Of a DNA stretch of 64,000 nt, positions 1-10,943 are shown in pieces. The translations under genes and the position numbers were made by a program. Numbering within the stretch: the stretch's first letter is position 1; the number at the start of each line of letters is the position of its first letter. Below the pieces are notes generated by a model. It did not search any database and had not been told where the DNA came from. It saw only the letters and a list, made by a program, of their open reading frames with translations. The stretch comes from Macrostomum lignano (taxonomy: Eukaryota), in assembly GCA_002269645.1 (NCBI GenBank), contig NIVC01000251.1:496001-560000 (forward strand), given 5' to 3'.

Positions 1-481
1 TGACTGACTGACTGACTGACTGACTGACTGACTGACTGACTGACTGACTGACTGACTGACTGACTGACTGACTGACTTAAGTGAATGGGTGACTGACTGA
101 CTGACTGACTGACTGACTGACTGACTGACTGACTGACTGACTGACTGACTGACTGACTGACTGACTTAAGTGAATGGGTGACTGACTGACTCACTGACTG
201 ACTGACTGACTTAAGTGAATGGGTGACTGACTGACTCACTGACTGACTGACTGACTTAAGTGAATGGGTGACTGACTGACTCACTGACTGACTGACTGAC
301 TGACTGACTCACTGACTGACTGACTGACTGACTGACTGACTGACTGACTGACTGACTGACTGACTGACTGACTGACTGACTGACTGACTGGCTGACTGAC
401 TGACTGACTGACTGACTGACTGACTGACTGACTGACTGACTGACTGACTGACTGACTGGCTGACTGACTGACTGACTGACT
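1..481. repeat. (TGAC)n microsatellite with four embedded TTAAGTGAATGGG interruptions
   Basis: Direct reading. Interruptions start at 77, 166, 211 and 256. The SQSV ORFs at 256-534 are artefacts of this repeat. Confidence 0.97.
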
Positions 482-880
482 GAATTGGCCGAAATTGACA
501 AAGCATAGAAAAAAATGACAATGCAAACATGCAATTACTAGTATTTCACAATACGTAGCTGTGATTTTATTTGAAGTACTGAGTTTATTTGAATAGTATT
601 TTAAATCAATTTTCTGTTATCAGAAAGTTGAAAGAAACAGTTAAACAACGGATCTCACAAAGCAGAAAAGTGGATAGTGGGCAGTTAGTTTTCTATGTTA
701 TCGTATCGTTGAAAATACGAAATACATGCAGATAGCTATAAATAGAGTTGTGATTCAATGTGCTTGCTTCAGGCTGAGTCTGAAAAGGATAAACTAAACG
801 TTTTGCGGATTTATTTATCAGCAATTATATGTGCAGACTGCAGTCTTCTATGGTGTTCAACGTTTGAATTAAAAATGAAC

Positions 881-1352
881 TCATAGTAAGCCGAGCTGCT
901 GGCGGAGTCGCCTGCGAATGAAGTTGAACAGAGGAATGTAGGACGGTCGGCTCAGTCTGTTCGAGAGTCCTGCGTAGGTATTGTAAGGTTTTTAGAAATT
1001 AGCATTGCTAGAGGATTTTAAAGAAACATGAAAAAGCCGCACCTTTCTTGTCTCGCCTTCCAGCAGCAATCGATGACTTGTTGGCAGTCCCGCCGCCTTC
1101 TTTGCGATGCTGCTGCAAACCGCGTAAAATTTCGATGCACAATCGCATGGCAACCAGTTTGTCCACGGTAGCTTTCGTTGAGGCCATCAACTTGTTGATG
1201 ACATCGTCCGGTGACCACCAATCAGCTCGTTCAACGTCGATCTTGTCCATTTTCATCAAAGGCTGGCTGATGGCGATGGGCAGGGCGATGGCAGAAGCGA
1301 CCGCCACTGCGGCGACGCTGACCAGGGCGAATATGACAAGAAATTTTACCAT
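881..1352 (-). CDS. Secreted peptide precursor, paralog P1 (2 exons, 132 aa)
   Basis: Exon 1 is 1352-1043 (signal peptide MVKFLVIFALVSVAAVAVASAIA..., ending RRDKK). A phase-1 intron occupies 1042-970 (GTGCGG...ACGCAG). Exon 2 is 969-881 and gives G-LSNRLSRPSYIPLFNFIRRRLRQQLGLL*. Minus-strand AATAAA at 815-810. Exon 2 is homologous to exon 2 of P2 and P3. Confidence 0.88.
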
Positions 1353-1414
1353 GGTTGCTTTCCGAGATTGCTAGCTTTTCTCAATGGGAATGCTTTCTAC
1401 TCATTTTCGAAAAC

Positions 1415-1421
1415 TTTTATA
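1415..1421 (-). promoter_or_regulatory. Candidate TATA box of P1
   Basis: TATAAAA on the minus strand about 63 nt upstream of the P1 ATG. The position is consistent, but function is inferred. Confidence 0.5.
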
Positions 1422-3675
1422 GGCGAATCCAAAGTGAAGGCGGCTTAACAGATTAAAATTGTGGGGGTGGCTTGAGGAAGATTGGCTGTCGACGATTTCC
1501 TGGGGGGGGGATGATTAGGCCTAAAAAATTGTGCAAAATTGTTTTGAAATAATAAACACGTGCATCGCACCGCACGCAGAACAGAACGTCTATCGATTAG
1601 GTAGAAGCGATGATCAAATCTCAGACTAATTACGACAGAGATAATCGAACACCTGCATGATTTCCCTGCCTAATATGTTTATTTCTCTACGCCAATATCG
1701 ATCCCTTCATTTGGAGCCAAATAGCTCCAAAATTGGAGCCAAAATCCCGTTATACCGAAAATATGGCGACAAATGCGATAAATGGGGATTTCATGTGATC
1801 GGAAACCTTCCTGTGCTATTTTCAGTTTAATACACGAACGTAGGTTTTCATTGTGCTTTTTTTCAGGACCTTCTAGCAGGCCACCATTTATGAAAAATTG
1901 CACTAAAACCTGACGCTAGTTACATGAGAACGCCTTAAGCTGTTGTTTTACGCATATCAATGTCTCAAATGTCTTGAGGACTTCTTTCAGTGTAGAAGAT
2001 AGATTAATCACGAGATAAGGTAACAAGCATATACTGTGCAACGGTGTACAAAAATTACTCCGCACTTGTGGAGCCTTAAGTTCACATGAAATCCCAATTT
2101 ATCCCATTCTCCCCATAGAGATCGACAAATTCTAAAGTGGTCGATTTTCGATTTAATGGCTTCAAATATAGCAAAGACAGAGGCAAGCGGTCGAGTTGTG
2201 AATAGAGTCGGGTCGCTCTTTAACAAAAAGGATTTAAAAAAGGACACTAGACACAGCCTTTGAGTTGGCCCTAATAATGGGTGTGATGCGGATGGCACGG
2301 CAACACATCAGGCCAAATTTTGTGGCCGAGCAGGGTGAGGCTACTCTGCCCTCTACTGTCTGGCAAAGCAAAGGTATCGTACTACTAATATTAGCTAGAA
2401 TCGGTTGAGTGTGTCTAACCTTAGGCGTTTAAGGCTGCTCGCAATTTGCCATAACTGTCGATTCGTGCCTACTAAGTGAAAATCCCAGGTAAGTGCAAGT
2501 ACCATTCGTAGAGGATTTCGTAGGATTTTTTTGTTACTTTGTGTACAATGAACGTAAAAATACAGAAAGCTAGTGAATATCAAAATACAAAATACAACAG
2601 TTACAATCTCTTGAGTAAACGGAGTATTCAAGTTCATCATTTTTTTCTGCACCGATATGAAGTCGAATTGCAGTTGCCTTCTAGCTTGCGTGTTGTCTTT
2701 GATGAATTTTGCCAGAATTTCCATCTTGATCCACTGGAGTAAGGTTTTTTAATATTCGAAACCTTATATCCAAGATGTCCTGTTTAAATTGGTCACCGAG
2801 AGCACTATGTAGTTCCAACTGCATTTAAACAGGGGCGAACTTAAATTTCTATACCCTCACATGGCCCTTTGGGCAGTCGTTAGTCTCATTCTAAAGTTAT
2901 ATGATTTTGTATAAAGTTCTTTCTCATATTTTTTTATTGGTTGGCAGGATCATCACAAGATAATTGATATAGATGTAAACAAAATTCACAGCATTATCGG
3001 TTATGCTGGTCGCCACACCTTGTAATATTACATTTTGTTATAACGCGCAGAAGCTTCCAGAATATTCCGATACTCTCGCAGCACAAACTAAAACTACCGC
3101 CGATCGCTCTTTCGACATCCGCGACACGAAACGTCAGTCCTCGCTGGTTGGACGCCTGAAGCGATAACAGCAGTACCTCCTGCTGTTAATTCCTAATTCA
3201 TATTTTTTTGTCGACAAAACAAGCAGGCTAAAACACCGTCATAATTGCCGTAGCTAGATTGCTTGACTTCAGCCGTAAATTTAACTCGGCTTCGAAGAGT
3301 TTAAACCCGTTTTATTTATTAGTAGACAACGTTTAGACAAGTAATAAAATTCTGGTTACAGGGCTTTGGGATAAGAATCGGTAGAGAGCCTAAGGAATTA
3401 GCATAGCATCACTACAACAAATATAGTTAATTTTGAATTGCAACACATAGTTTTTTATTTGGGTTTAAAATTATATTTCTCTTTATAATCTCTTCAAGGG
3501 ATGCATATATAGCTTTATAAATGTATACTTCTGAAACAGAGTGGGCCGAGTTTTTAACTTTTTTTAGAGACACTTGGATTTTTGAGACAAAAAAGTCGTT
3601 CAACTACACAGTACTATTTTAAAATCTAAAATTTTTACTCGTCCGTAACGCCCAAGCATCAAAATGGTTGCTTGA

Positions 3676-4089
3676 TTACTGCAGCTCGATGCGAAGCGCG
3701 CCGCGTAGAAAGTTGAACATTGGAATGTAAGAGTGCCGGTGCATATAGTGTTCCATACCTGTGGGAGACAAAAAAATGAATAAACAATTATACAATATGA
3801 CTAGATTCGAATGCAGTTTCAAAGCGTAGAGACCAACGGTAAAAAAGGTGCACATACCTTTCTTGATTCGGCTGACGGATTCAATTTTGTTGGATGCTTC
3901 GCTAGCAGGTTTTTCACCAGCAGGCAAGTTCTGCTGCAGCTGGGGCATCAGAAAGACCCTCATGAAATAGTTGGTCAGCCGACTGGCCAGCTGGTCGATG
4001 GCAGCGTTCGGCATCGGCCGACCACTGGCCCCACCAATGGCCACTGCAGACAAGCAGACGAAAGCGACAATCATGATCCGGTGATGCAT
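3676..4089 (-). CDS. Secreted peptide precursor, paralog P2 (2 exons, 104 aa)
   Basis: ATG at 4089 (MHHRIMIVAFVCLSAVAIGGASG signal). Exon 1 is 4089-3858, ending RIKK. A phase-1 intron occupies 3857-3759 (GTATGT...CCACAG). Exon 2 is 3758-3676 and gives G-MEHYMHRHSYIPMFNFLRGALRIELQ*. Confidence 0.9.
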   Translation of the reverse strand: MHHRIMIVAFVCLSAVAIGGASGRPMPNAAIDQLASRLTNYFMRVFLMPQLQQNLPAGEKPASEASNKIESVSRIKKGMCTFFTVGLYALKLHSNLVILYNCLFIFLSPTGMEHYMHRHSYIPMFNFLRGALRIELQ

Positions 4090-4178
4090 ATTGCTGCAAA
4101 ACAAATTCTTAAGTCAGAGTTGAGCTGTAAGTTCGCGCCGGCACAACTTCACAGTGGTTGTTTTTTCAGGGTTCCGTA

Positions 4179-4198
4179 TCGGCCTTGCTTATATAGAC
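4179..4198 (-). promoter_or_regulatory. TATA-containing promoter motif of P2 (GTCTATATAAGCAAGGCCGA)
   Basis: Matches the motif upstream of P3 (17265-17283) apart from a 1-nt indel, and contains TATATAA. Confidence 0.65.
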
Positions 4199-5820
4199 GG
4201 ATTCATCGGTCGGTGCGCTGAGATTGGCTTGCGACATCTGTTAAGTTTTCCTGGTAGAAAAATAGCTCAATTTGGATGGACTCTTCGCTGCTTCACATCG
4301 ACGCAGGTGAATAATTAGCAATTTAACAAAAATTGCTCGAGCGCTGTTGCCAATTATAATTATAATTCGAAAACTACTGTCGCACGGGCTCTTCTATTCA
4401 ATTTTTTCCGACCGGTGAGACTTCACTTGCTTCAGCATTTTTCTCGTCAGCACGTTTTTCGGCAGCTGGCAAATTAGGGCTTTCTTGTGAGCCATCGAAA
4501 GTTACGGGGAAAATTTGAGGTAGCTGCCGAAGACAGCTTAGATCGAGATAGCTGTCGTTCCAGGCGGTGGACGAGACGGTGAGGTACTCGATTGACTTCT
4601 GCCGAGCGCCGGGCCACCTTCAAGATCGGTGACGAGCGAGTTTCAAAAGCGGTGGCACTTTCTCACCGCGCTAGCCTGGTCCATCCAAGCGATCTGTTGC
4701 GCCGTTGGCGACTCCAGCTGGCAAGCCTTGCGCACACTCGACTGCTGTTGTTGTTATTGTTTTGTTGGCCTAAGAAAAGGGGACGTCAACGAAGCGGTGA
4801 AATGGATCAGGACCAAACCGACTGGAATCAATAACTGACTGGACAAGTTGACTGCGTCTGTCTGTGATGGTGTCATCATCCGCCGCAACAGCGCCGTCTT
4901 CAACAATCTATGGTGGCCTCCTCACTTGCCATTTGGATTGGATTGGATCCCACTAAAAAAGCTTGGTCGGATTCCGATCGGAAATGCAGCTCGGAAACCG
5001 AGTGGAAATTTGTCCCGGGAAATCCATTCGGATTCTGATCGGATTTGACGATCGGACTCATCCAGAGCTTTTCGTTTCACTTTCCGAGCTGATATAAATG
5101 ACGAAGCACAAAGCGAGTACAAACATGCATGTGCTACAATGTAGCCGAAGATCAGTGTACACGCAGTCACGCATGTACATTTAGACAGCCCGATCCCGTC
5201 TGAAAATTCAATGACACAAAGACCGGGTGTGCATCATTTTACATCAAATACAAAATTGCTCAATGGCAGCAGATGGAAAGGAATAATAAGTGTTTATTTA
5301 GTGTTTACAAAATAGAACATTGCAGCAACGCGTGGTGGGCCACCAAAGCAGTCACTAATAGGGTGCAGGTTGGAGACAGTTCGACAAGTATTTTATAGTT
5401 GTTAGGTCAATTTGATTAGGCCTAGTGTAGTGCGGCTGAAAATGTTCTGTTAAAATTGCACTAAATATTTAATTGTTGCTATATAGTAACTATAGCAATT
5501 GCAAATAGCATTATTATGTTATTAATTTCTACTTTTTTGACCCTTGAAAATAAAGCAAATATTAATTATAAATTATTTTAATCGTTGTCTAATTAAAATA
5601 TAATCGCACCAGTTTGAAAAGCGCGCTGCAATCGAGTGAACAATTGTAAGGCGCTGCGCTGCGAGTGAACTGAAGACGTTAAATTGCTGTAGTGAAACTG
5701 TTCAAATTCGCGGCCTTCAAACCCAGTTGTACTACACTAGCATTTCGGTCTCGGAGCAGTTAAAATTTAAGTTAGCGCGAAGTTTCGACGAAAGGGACAA
5801 TTTTTTACTATGCCACCAAG

Positions 5821-8331
5821 TTACATATTTTCCTCGTCAGTGCTGTCGGATATGCGTTGCACTCGCATCGTCGAGCGACGCCTGCTTGGAGTGGGGGCGC
5901 CATGCCCGCCGGCCACGTCCGATTCAGCTGATCCCTCGTGGCTTCGACGCTTCCGGACGCCATCGAAGAACCGTTCGATTGCCTTATTGATGTCGTGCAG
6001 CGTAAATGAAGAGCCCAACGCGTCTGAAATTTGACAATCACAACATAAGCAGGTTGTCAAGTCCACAACTGTTGACCTGAGAGAAATACATGTATGAATT
6101 ACGGCATGAATACGTATGGTTATGGCAGTACCCACCCCGTACATTTATCAGTACGTTGTATCAGACAGTATATCACTATTGATATCACTATTAAGAATCA
6201 ACTCTGGTAATTGGTACATATGCGACAGTAAAGCATAACCTACCCTTCACAATCCCTCCAAAGCACTTGTCGAAAGACATCTTGGAGTTCTCTTGTTGGC
6301 CACGGCCTCGGGCATCCTTGCCGCCAGTGCGATTGAAGCGCTGCTGGAAGTCTCGCGCCAGAAGCTCGTTCATCGCATAGCGAACAGACTGAGTCACAGA
6401 AGGGCCCAGGCACTTTTTCTGAATGAACGAAGTCTAAAATTCACACATGAAAGCGTCTGGACCATTTCCCCGAGTCTACAGTACCGAAGTTCCGAACGCA
6501 TGGTGGAAGTTTAATAGTAAGAGAAATGCTCATAAGATATTAACTAACCAGCGCAGTCTTGGCCTCCGCACTGGCAGAAATCTTCTCGACTGCACTGTTG
6601 AGGTCGGCCTCGTTTGCGACAGGAAGCCCGAATGGAATTTCGAGCGTGGGTGCCGCAGCAGCTCCCCGGAGACTGGACGACTCAATCGTGGCCTTTAGCT
6701 TCATGAGTTCGCGAATGCTCAAGAGCTGCAGACAGTAGAGCCCTGAATAATGAGTTGAAAGTTGCATAGTAAATTAACTTCAATTTACGTGCCAGTTCCA
6801 AGCTAGACGCTGTCGATTTCATCCACCTAGCTGTTCAAGCAACGAGTGTGCGCTGGTCACCAGTTACATTTTGCGGCTGTTGTCAACTACTGCTATCTCA
6901 GCGTCAATAACAATAACTCCATTACCTTCAACAGATCCCCACGTGTACCCACAAGCCTCAACCTGGCTTCTGGCTTGCGTTTCCAGCTGAGGCAGAGCTG
7001 AAAACTGTGGATTAAATTTTCGTTAGAAACCGTGGCAAGTTCTGAAAAAAACTGTTGCAAGACTTCATGAAACGAGTTTTACAAATTACCTGCGCAGGCT
7101 GTCGCAGCTGTTCGCGCGAGAAGCTGGCTCTTGGGGCTGAAGTTGGAGTGCACGAAAACTGCCTAGACGGGTGTCGAGTAGGCGTCGAGCTTCCAGACGA
7201 ATTGAGAGCTGCTTGAGGGTGCAGTCGCTCAAAGGCTGGGCTGTCGATCGACTGCGGTTCTGGTGGAGGTGCCATGGAGGTGCGGTTCTGAAGTTTCCTG
7301 ACAGTGCTCTGCGCCATTGTGCCGTCGTAGGCCTGGGTTGGTAAAGAAATGATTAGAATAGATAATTTTTTTCTCAGCACGTTAATCTGTAACATAGTAG
7401 GAGAAATGATATACTCAACAGTAACCATACACGCATTGAATGAGATGATGCAGACATAACAGAGGTGTATAGATATAAACATAACAATGTGATGTGTGAC
7501 AACAAGCCGTCACGCTAGCCTGGCATTGGGGTGAGGTGAAGACAGTGTTAGATTAGAGAAATTAAAGAAAAGAATAAAATCCAAACTATTAAAACTGTCT
7601 CAATCATTTTGTAATATGTCTGGCAAACTGCCAAGTGCAATAATTTGAAATTAATAAGCATACTGTACTCCAAATGCATGAATACATAAAGACTATAAAT
7701 GCTTGACATTTTTAAATAGACACAAATGTAAGCACGTACTTCTGCAATTCCCGAAGCTTGCAGAGTTGGCAGTGGAGGGAGGCAAACAACACCAGAAGAC
7801 CCAGACAATGATTCACTTCTCTGTGTGGGACCCCGGTTGGCTTGTCCATGGCTGGCTGCATCAGCAACCTACAATTATATTATTTTATATTTTATATTAA
7901 CGCACGTGGCAGACCTTAGTTGTATACTAAATATTAAATTAAATATTATTTTACATTATACTTACAGCATCAATATCTGTTGCATCATTGTCTGTCTCAA
8001 GATTCTTCATAGGAGGAAATGTCTGTCTTTTGTTGGATCGAACACGATCTGGCAGAATTTTTAGTAGCTTGCTTGGACGATAGTGCTTCTCTTTGACCAC
8101 AGCTCGTAGCATGGCAACAGTGTCACTGGTGTCACAGGCATGTGGAACAACTTGCAAAACAATGCAATCTTCCAACTTGTCATTATATATTACCTGAATA
8201 TGAACTTCTTCAAGTTTGTCCACTTGCCTCCATTGCTCAATAGTCCACTTAGTAAAAGAGCCAAGAAGGCAATCTTCCTCATCAGCTTCTATTACTTCAT
8301 AGTCAGAGGTAAAATACACAATAAACTTCAT
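5821..8331 (-). CDS. Spliced accessory gene of the CACTA element with a C-terminal DUF4806/BEN-like domain
   Basis: Several ORF-track fragments join through GT-AG sites (about 8331-7965, 7870-7740, 7333-7090, 6745-6550, 6420-6245, 6024-5821). The C-terminal part reads VRYAMNELLARDFQQRFNRTGGK...KMSFDKCFGGIVK|DALGSSFTLHDINKAIERFF. Exons at 6790-7000 and 6430-6530 are not resolved, and the domain call is by resemblance. Confidence 0.6.
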
Positions 8332-9032
8332 TGAGTCACTGCAACAAGATTACTGAACTAAAGTTTTATTATTTAATGATTTAGCAACTGCACAAGACAC
8401 TGCATGTACTAAGAAGGACTATTTACTCATTGTGGTGTAATGTTGGCCAAGCAGTAACTAAAGTTTTTACAGCATAATATGGCACATAACATGTAATTAT
8501 TCCATTGGAACAAGTGAGTTACAAATTTAGAGGATACACAAAAAATGTTTATTGAATTGTTCATAGGGGCCTATTGCTACTTGCTAACTTACTAGTAGAC
8601 AACTTGTCAAAATACATTTACACTAGAATTCTGCCACAAAAATCATAAATAGTCTGACTAGGACATTCACATTGAAGGACACATTACTTAAATAATACGT
8701 ACTCATATTTGCAAGCACTTAGGAAGGTTATAATAAAGCATAGAAATTATACAAAACAATAATAATTGTTTTTTGTAATAAAATTAATTAATAATAATAA
8801 TAAAAATAATAATGATCATCTTATTTCATACCATGATCCGAACAAATGCTTTAGTTTGTTAATGGCTATAATGGCTATACTACTTCAATATTATATAATA
8901 TATATGGAATTATATATTTTTTTATTCTAGACCTAATTAAATTATATTTGCTGACTGTATACACAATTACATTTGTAAACAACTTAGGCAAGACACAATT
9001 ATGGACGATGGACTTCAGGCAAATAACTTGAT

Positions 9033-10943
9033 TTACTTGATGCAAGGAATGACCAGATAGTCTCCGCCAAAGGGAATTAGAATGGCCTTCTTAGAAGGTT
9101 GCAAGTTGGATACAAATGTCTTTGAATGCTTATAGTAGCCTATGCCAATTGATTTTGATGGATATGGATAGGAATAAAGGCTTCTATCAAATGTGAGAAC
9201 CTGGCCTGAAATAAGACCATCATTTAAATTGGTGACAATGACAACCTTTCCATCAACAATAGCACAGTTATTAGGACTCTTATTAGTAAAACCAATGTCA
9301 CCCAACTTGTCATTAGAATATAAAAATCTCACATTCAACAACTGGTTGACAGATTGGGCAAAAACATGATTGGTACAACGAATTCTCTTCTTGATCAATT
9401 GCAAGTAGTTTTCAAAAGGGAAAGCTGAAAACGTGTCAAGTGGGCCATACATTTGCACAAACTCAGGAAGGTGCAACAGAGCATGCCAATTATAAGAAAC
9501 TACACTGTTGTAATATAGGCTTGGTGCCTCAGCAACAAACTTTTTCAAACAAGCCTCAGCAGCATCAAAATAAATTTCACAGTACTCAGGTGAATTAAGG
9601 ACTGAAATTGACCAATGCAATAATAGATAATGATTAAAGTAGACCTTTGGCAAGGTATTCTTAAAAAGGAACGGACCAAAGTACAAAAGACATTGGCGGA
9701 ATTCCGTTGCTTTAAAGTATTCAATGTCAGCAAAAGTGCGAAGCCGTCTTTGAAAATCTGAAGGAACAAATTCCTTAATATACATTATTTTTCTATTTAT
9801 TTCCTCTTTTAATTGGGATGACAACTTGCAAGCAAGTCGAATGTGCTTTGCTCCAAGGAAGTAAAATTTGAGCAACTTCTTTACAACCCCTAAGTAGACA
9901 ATATGCATTGGGTCGGGTACAAAATTGGAATACATTGGAACAATCCTGGCTAGTGGAGAAATACCAAGTTGGTTATTTTCACGCCCTTGTTCATAATCTT
10001 GATTTGTTCGAGCCTCTGCAATGGTATTAGAAAAACAAATTCTGTCACCTGTGTAATTTCCTACTTGACGACACCAACTACAGCCAAGATAACTGGAATG
10101 ACCTTTCAAACATTGAATAAAGTTTCTAGCAGGTGTGTCACAGATAAAGACAATTGACTTAATAAAAATTCTTTTCATATTATAGTCAAAACCATTCTGT
10201 AGACCTGCAATTTCAGAACAAAACCTTTCTAAGAAGACATGTAGGTCAGGCTTTCCAATGCCACAAAAAAGGCCAAATGGCACAGGTCTAAAACAATTAT
10301 TTACTAGCATCAATATAGGCCAAAGATTGATTCTAGATGACTTGAATAAAGGAAGACCATCAACATTTACCCTTAAGGAAACAAAGAAGTTTGTAATTCC
10401 AGATGGAATTGTAAGGATTTTGGAATCAAGTAAAAATTTCAAATTGTCCACAATGGAGAGAAAGGCAACATGACCATTATTGACATTGAACCTCGTGATC
10501 TCTGTGCTTGGACACTGCCTCTTAAGCATGTAGACAGAAGTGGGTATGTCAGTGAAGAAACGAGCCAAAAGCCGAAGTAGGTAATTCATGGCAGCACTAG
10601 TAATATTGAATGTTATGTAAAACAATAGTAACTCTTGCACCAAAGTAAGTGGCGGAGGTCTATTATAGCCAAGAGAGTCATCTTGTTCTTCAACTTCTTC
10701 ATCCATTTCTTCCTCAAAAAGAGCATGCATTTGGCTATCAAAGTCCATTGGCATTGGACCCACTGCATCAAAGAATGTCTCTTCAGGCTCAGCATTGCTC
10801 TTTGTATCTTCATTTTGTCCCATCACATTTTCTAGATCTAGCCTAGCCTCAATATTTGTAGCCCCAATCGTCGGAAGCTCTTGTAGTATTTCTTGCATTT
10901 CCCTGGCTACCTGTCTATTTGATGCACGACTTGGCAAAGCCAT
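9033..10943 (-). CDS. CACTA/EnSpm-like DDE transposase, 636 aa, uninterrupted
   Basis: Motifs VNVDGLPLFKSS..LWPI, ICDTPAR..KGH.S..GC..C, DPMHIVYLGVVK, FKATEFRQ.LLY, YNWHALLH and GPL..FSAFPFENY are typical of CMC/EnSpm transposases. It lies between the TIRs. Confidence 0.9.
   Translation of the reverse strand: MALPSRASNRQVAREMQEILQELPTIGATNIEARLDLENVMGQNEDTKSNAEPEETFFDAVGPMPMDFDSQMHALFEEEMDEEVEEQDDSLGYNRPPPLTLVQELLLFYITFNITSAAMNYLLRLLARFFTDIPTSVYMLKRQCPSTEITRFNVNNGHVAFLSIVDNLKFLLDSKILTIPSGITNFFVSLRVNVDGLPLFKSSRINLWPILMLVNNCFRPVPFGLFCGIGKPDLHVFLERFCSEIAGLQNGFDYNMKRIFIKSIVFICDTPARNFIQCLKGHSSYLGCSWCRQVGNYTGDRICFSNTIAEARTNQDYEQGRENNQLGISPLARIVPMYSNFVPDPMHIVYLGVVKKLLKFYFLGAKHIRLACKLSSQLKEEINRKIMYIKEFVPSDFQRRLRTFADIEYFKATEFRQCLLYFGPFLFKNTLPKVYFNHYLLLHWSISVLNSPEYCEIYFDAAEACLKKFVAEAPSLYYNSVVSYNWHALLHLPEFVQMYGPLDTFSAFPFENYLQLIKKRIRCTNHVFAQSVNQLLNVRFLYSNDKLGDIGFTNKSPNNCAIVDGKVVIVTNLNDGLISGQVLTFDRSLYSYPYPSKSIGIGYYKHSKTFVSNLQPSKKAILIPFGGDYLVIPCIK

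Noticed and set aside
256-534. SQSV-repeat ORFs as proteins
   Set aside because: They are stop-free translations of the (TGAC)n microsatellite.
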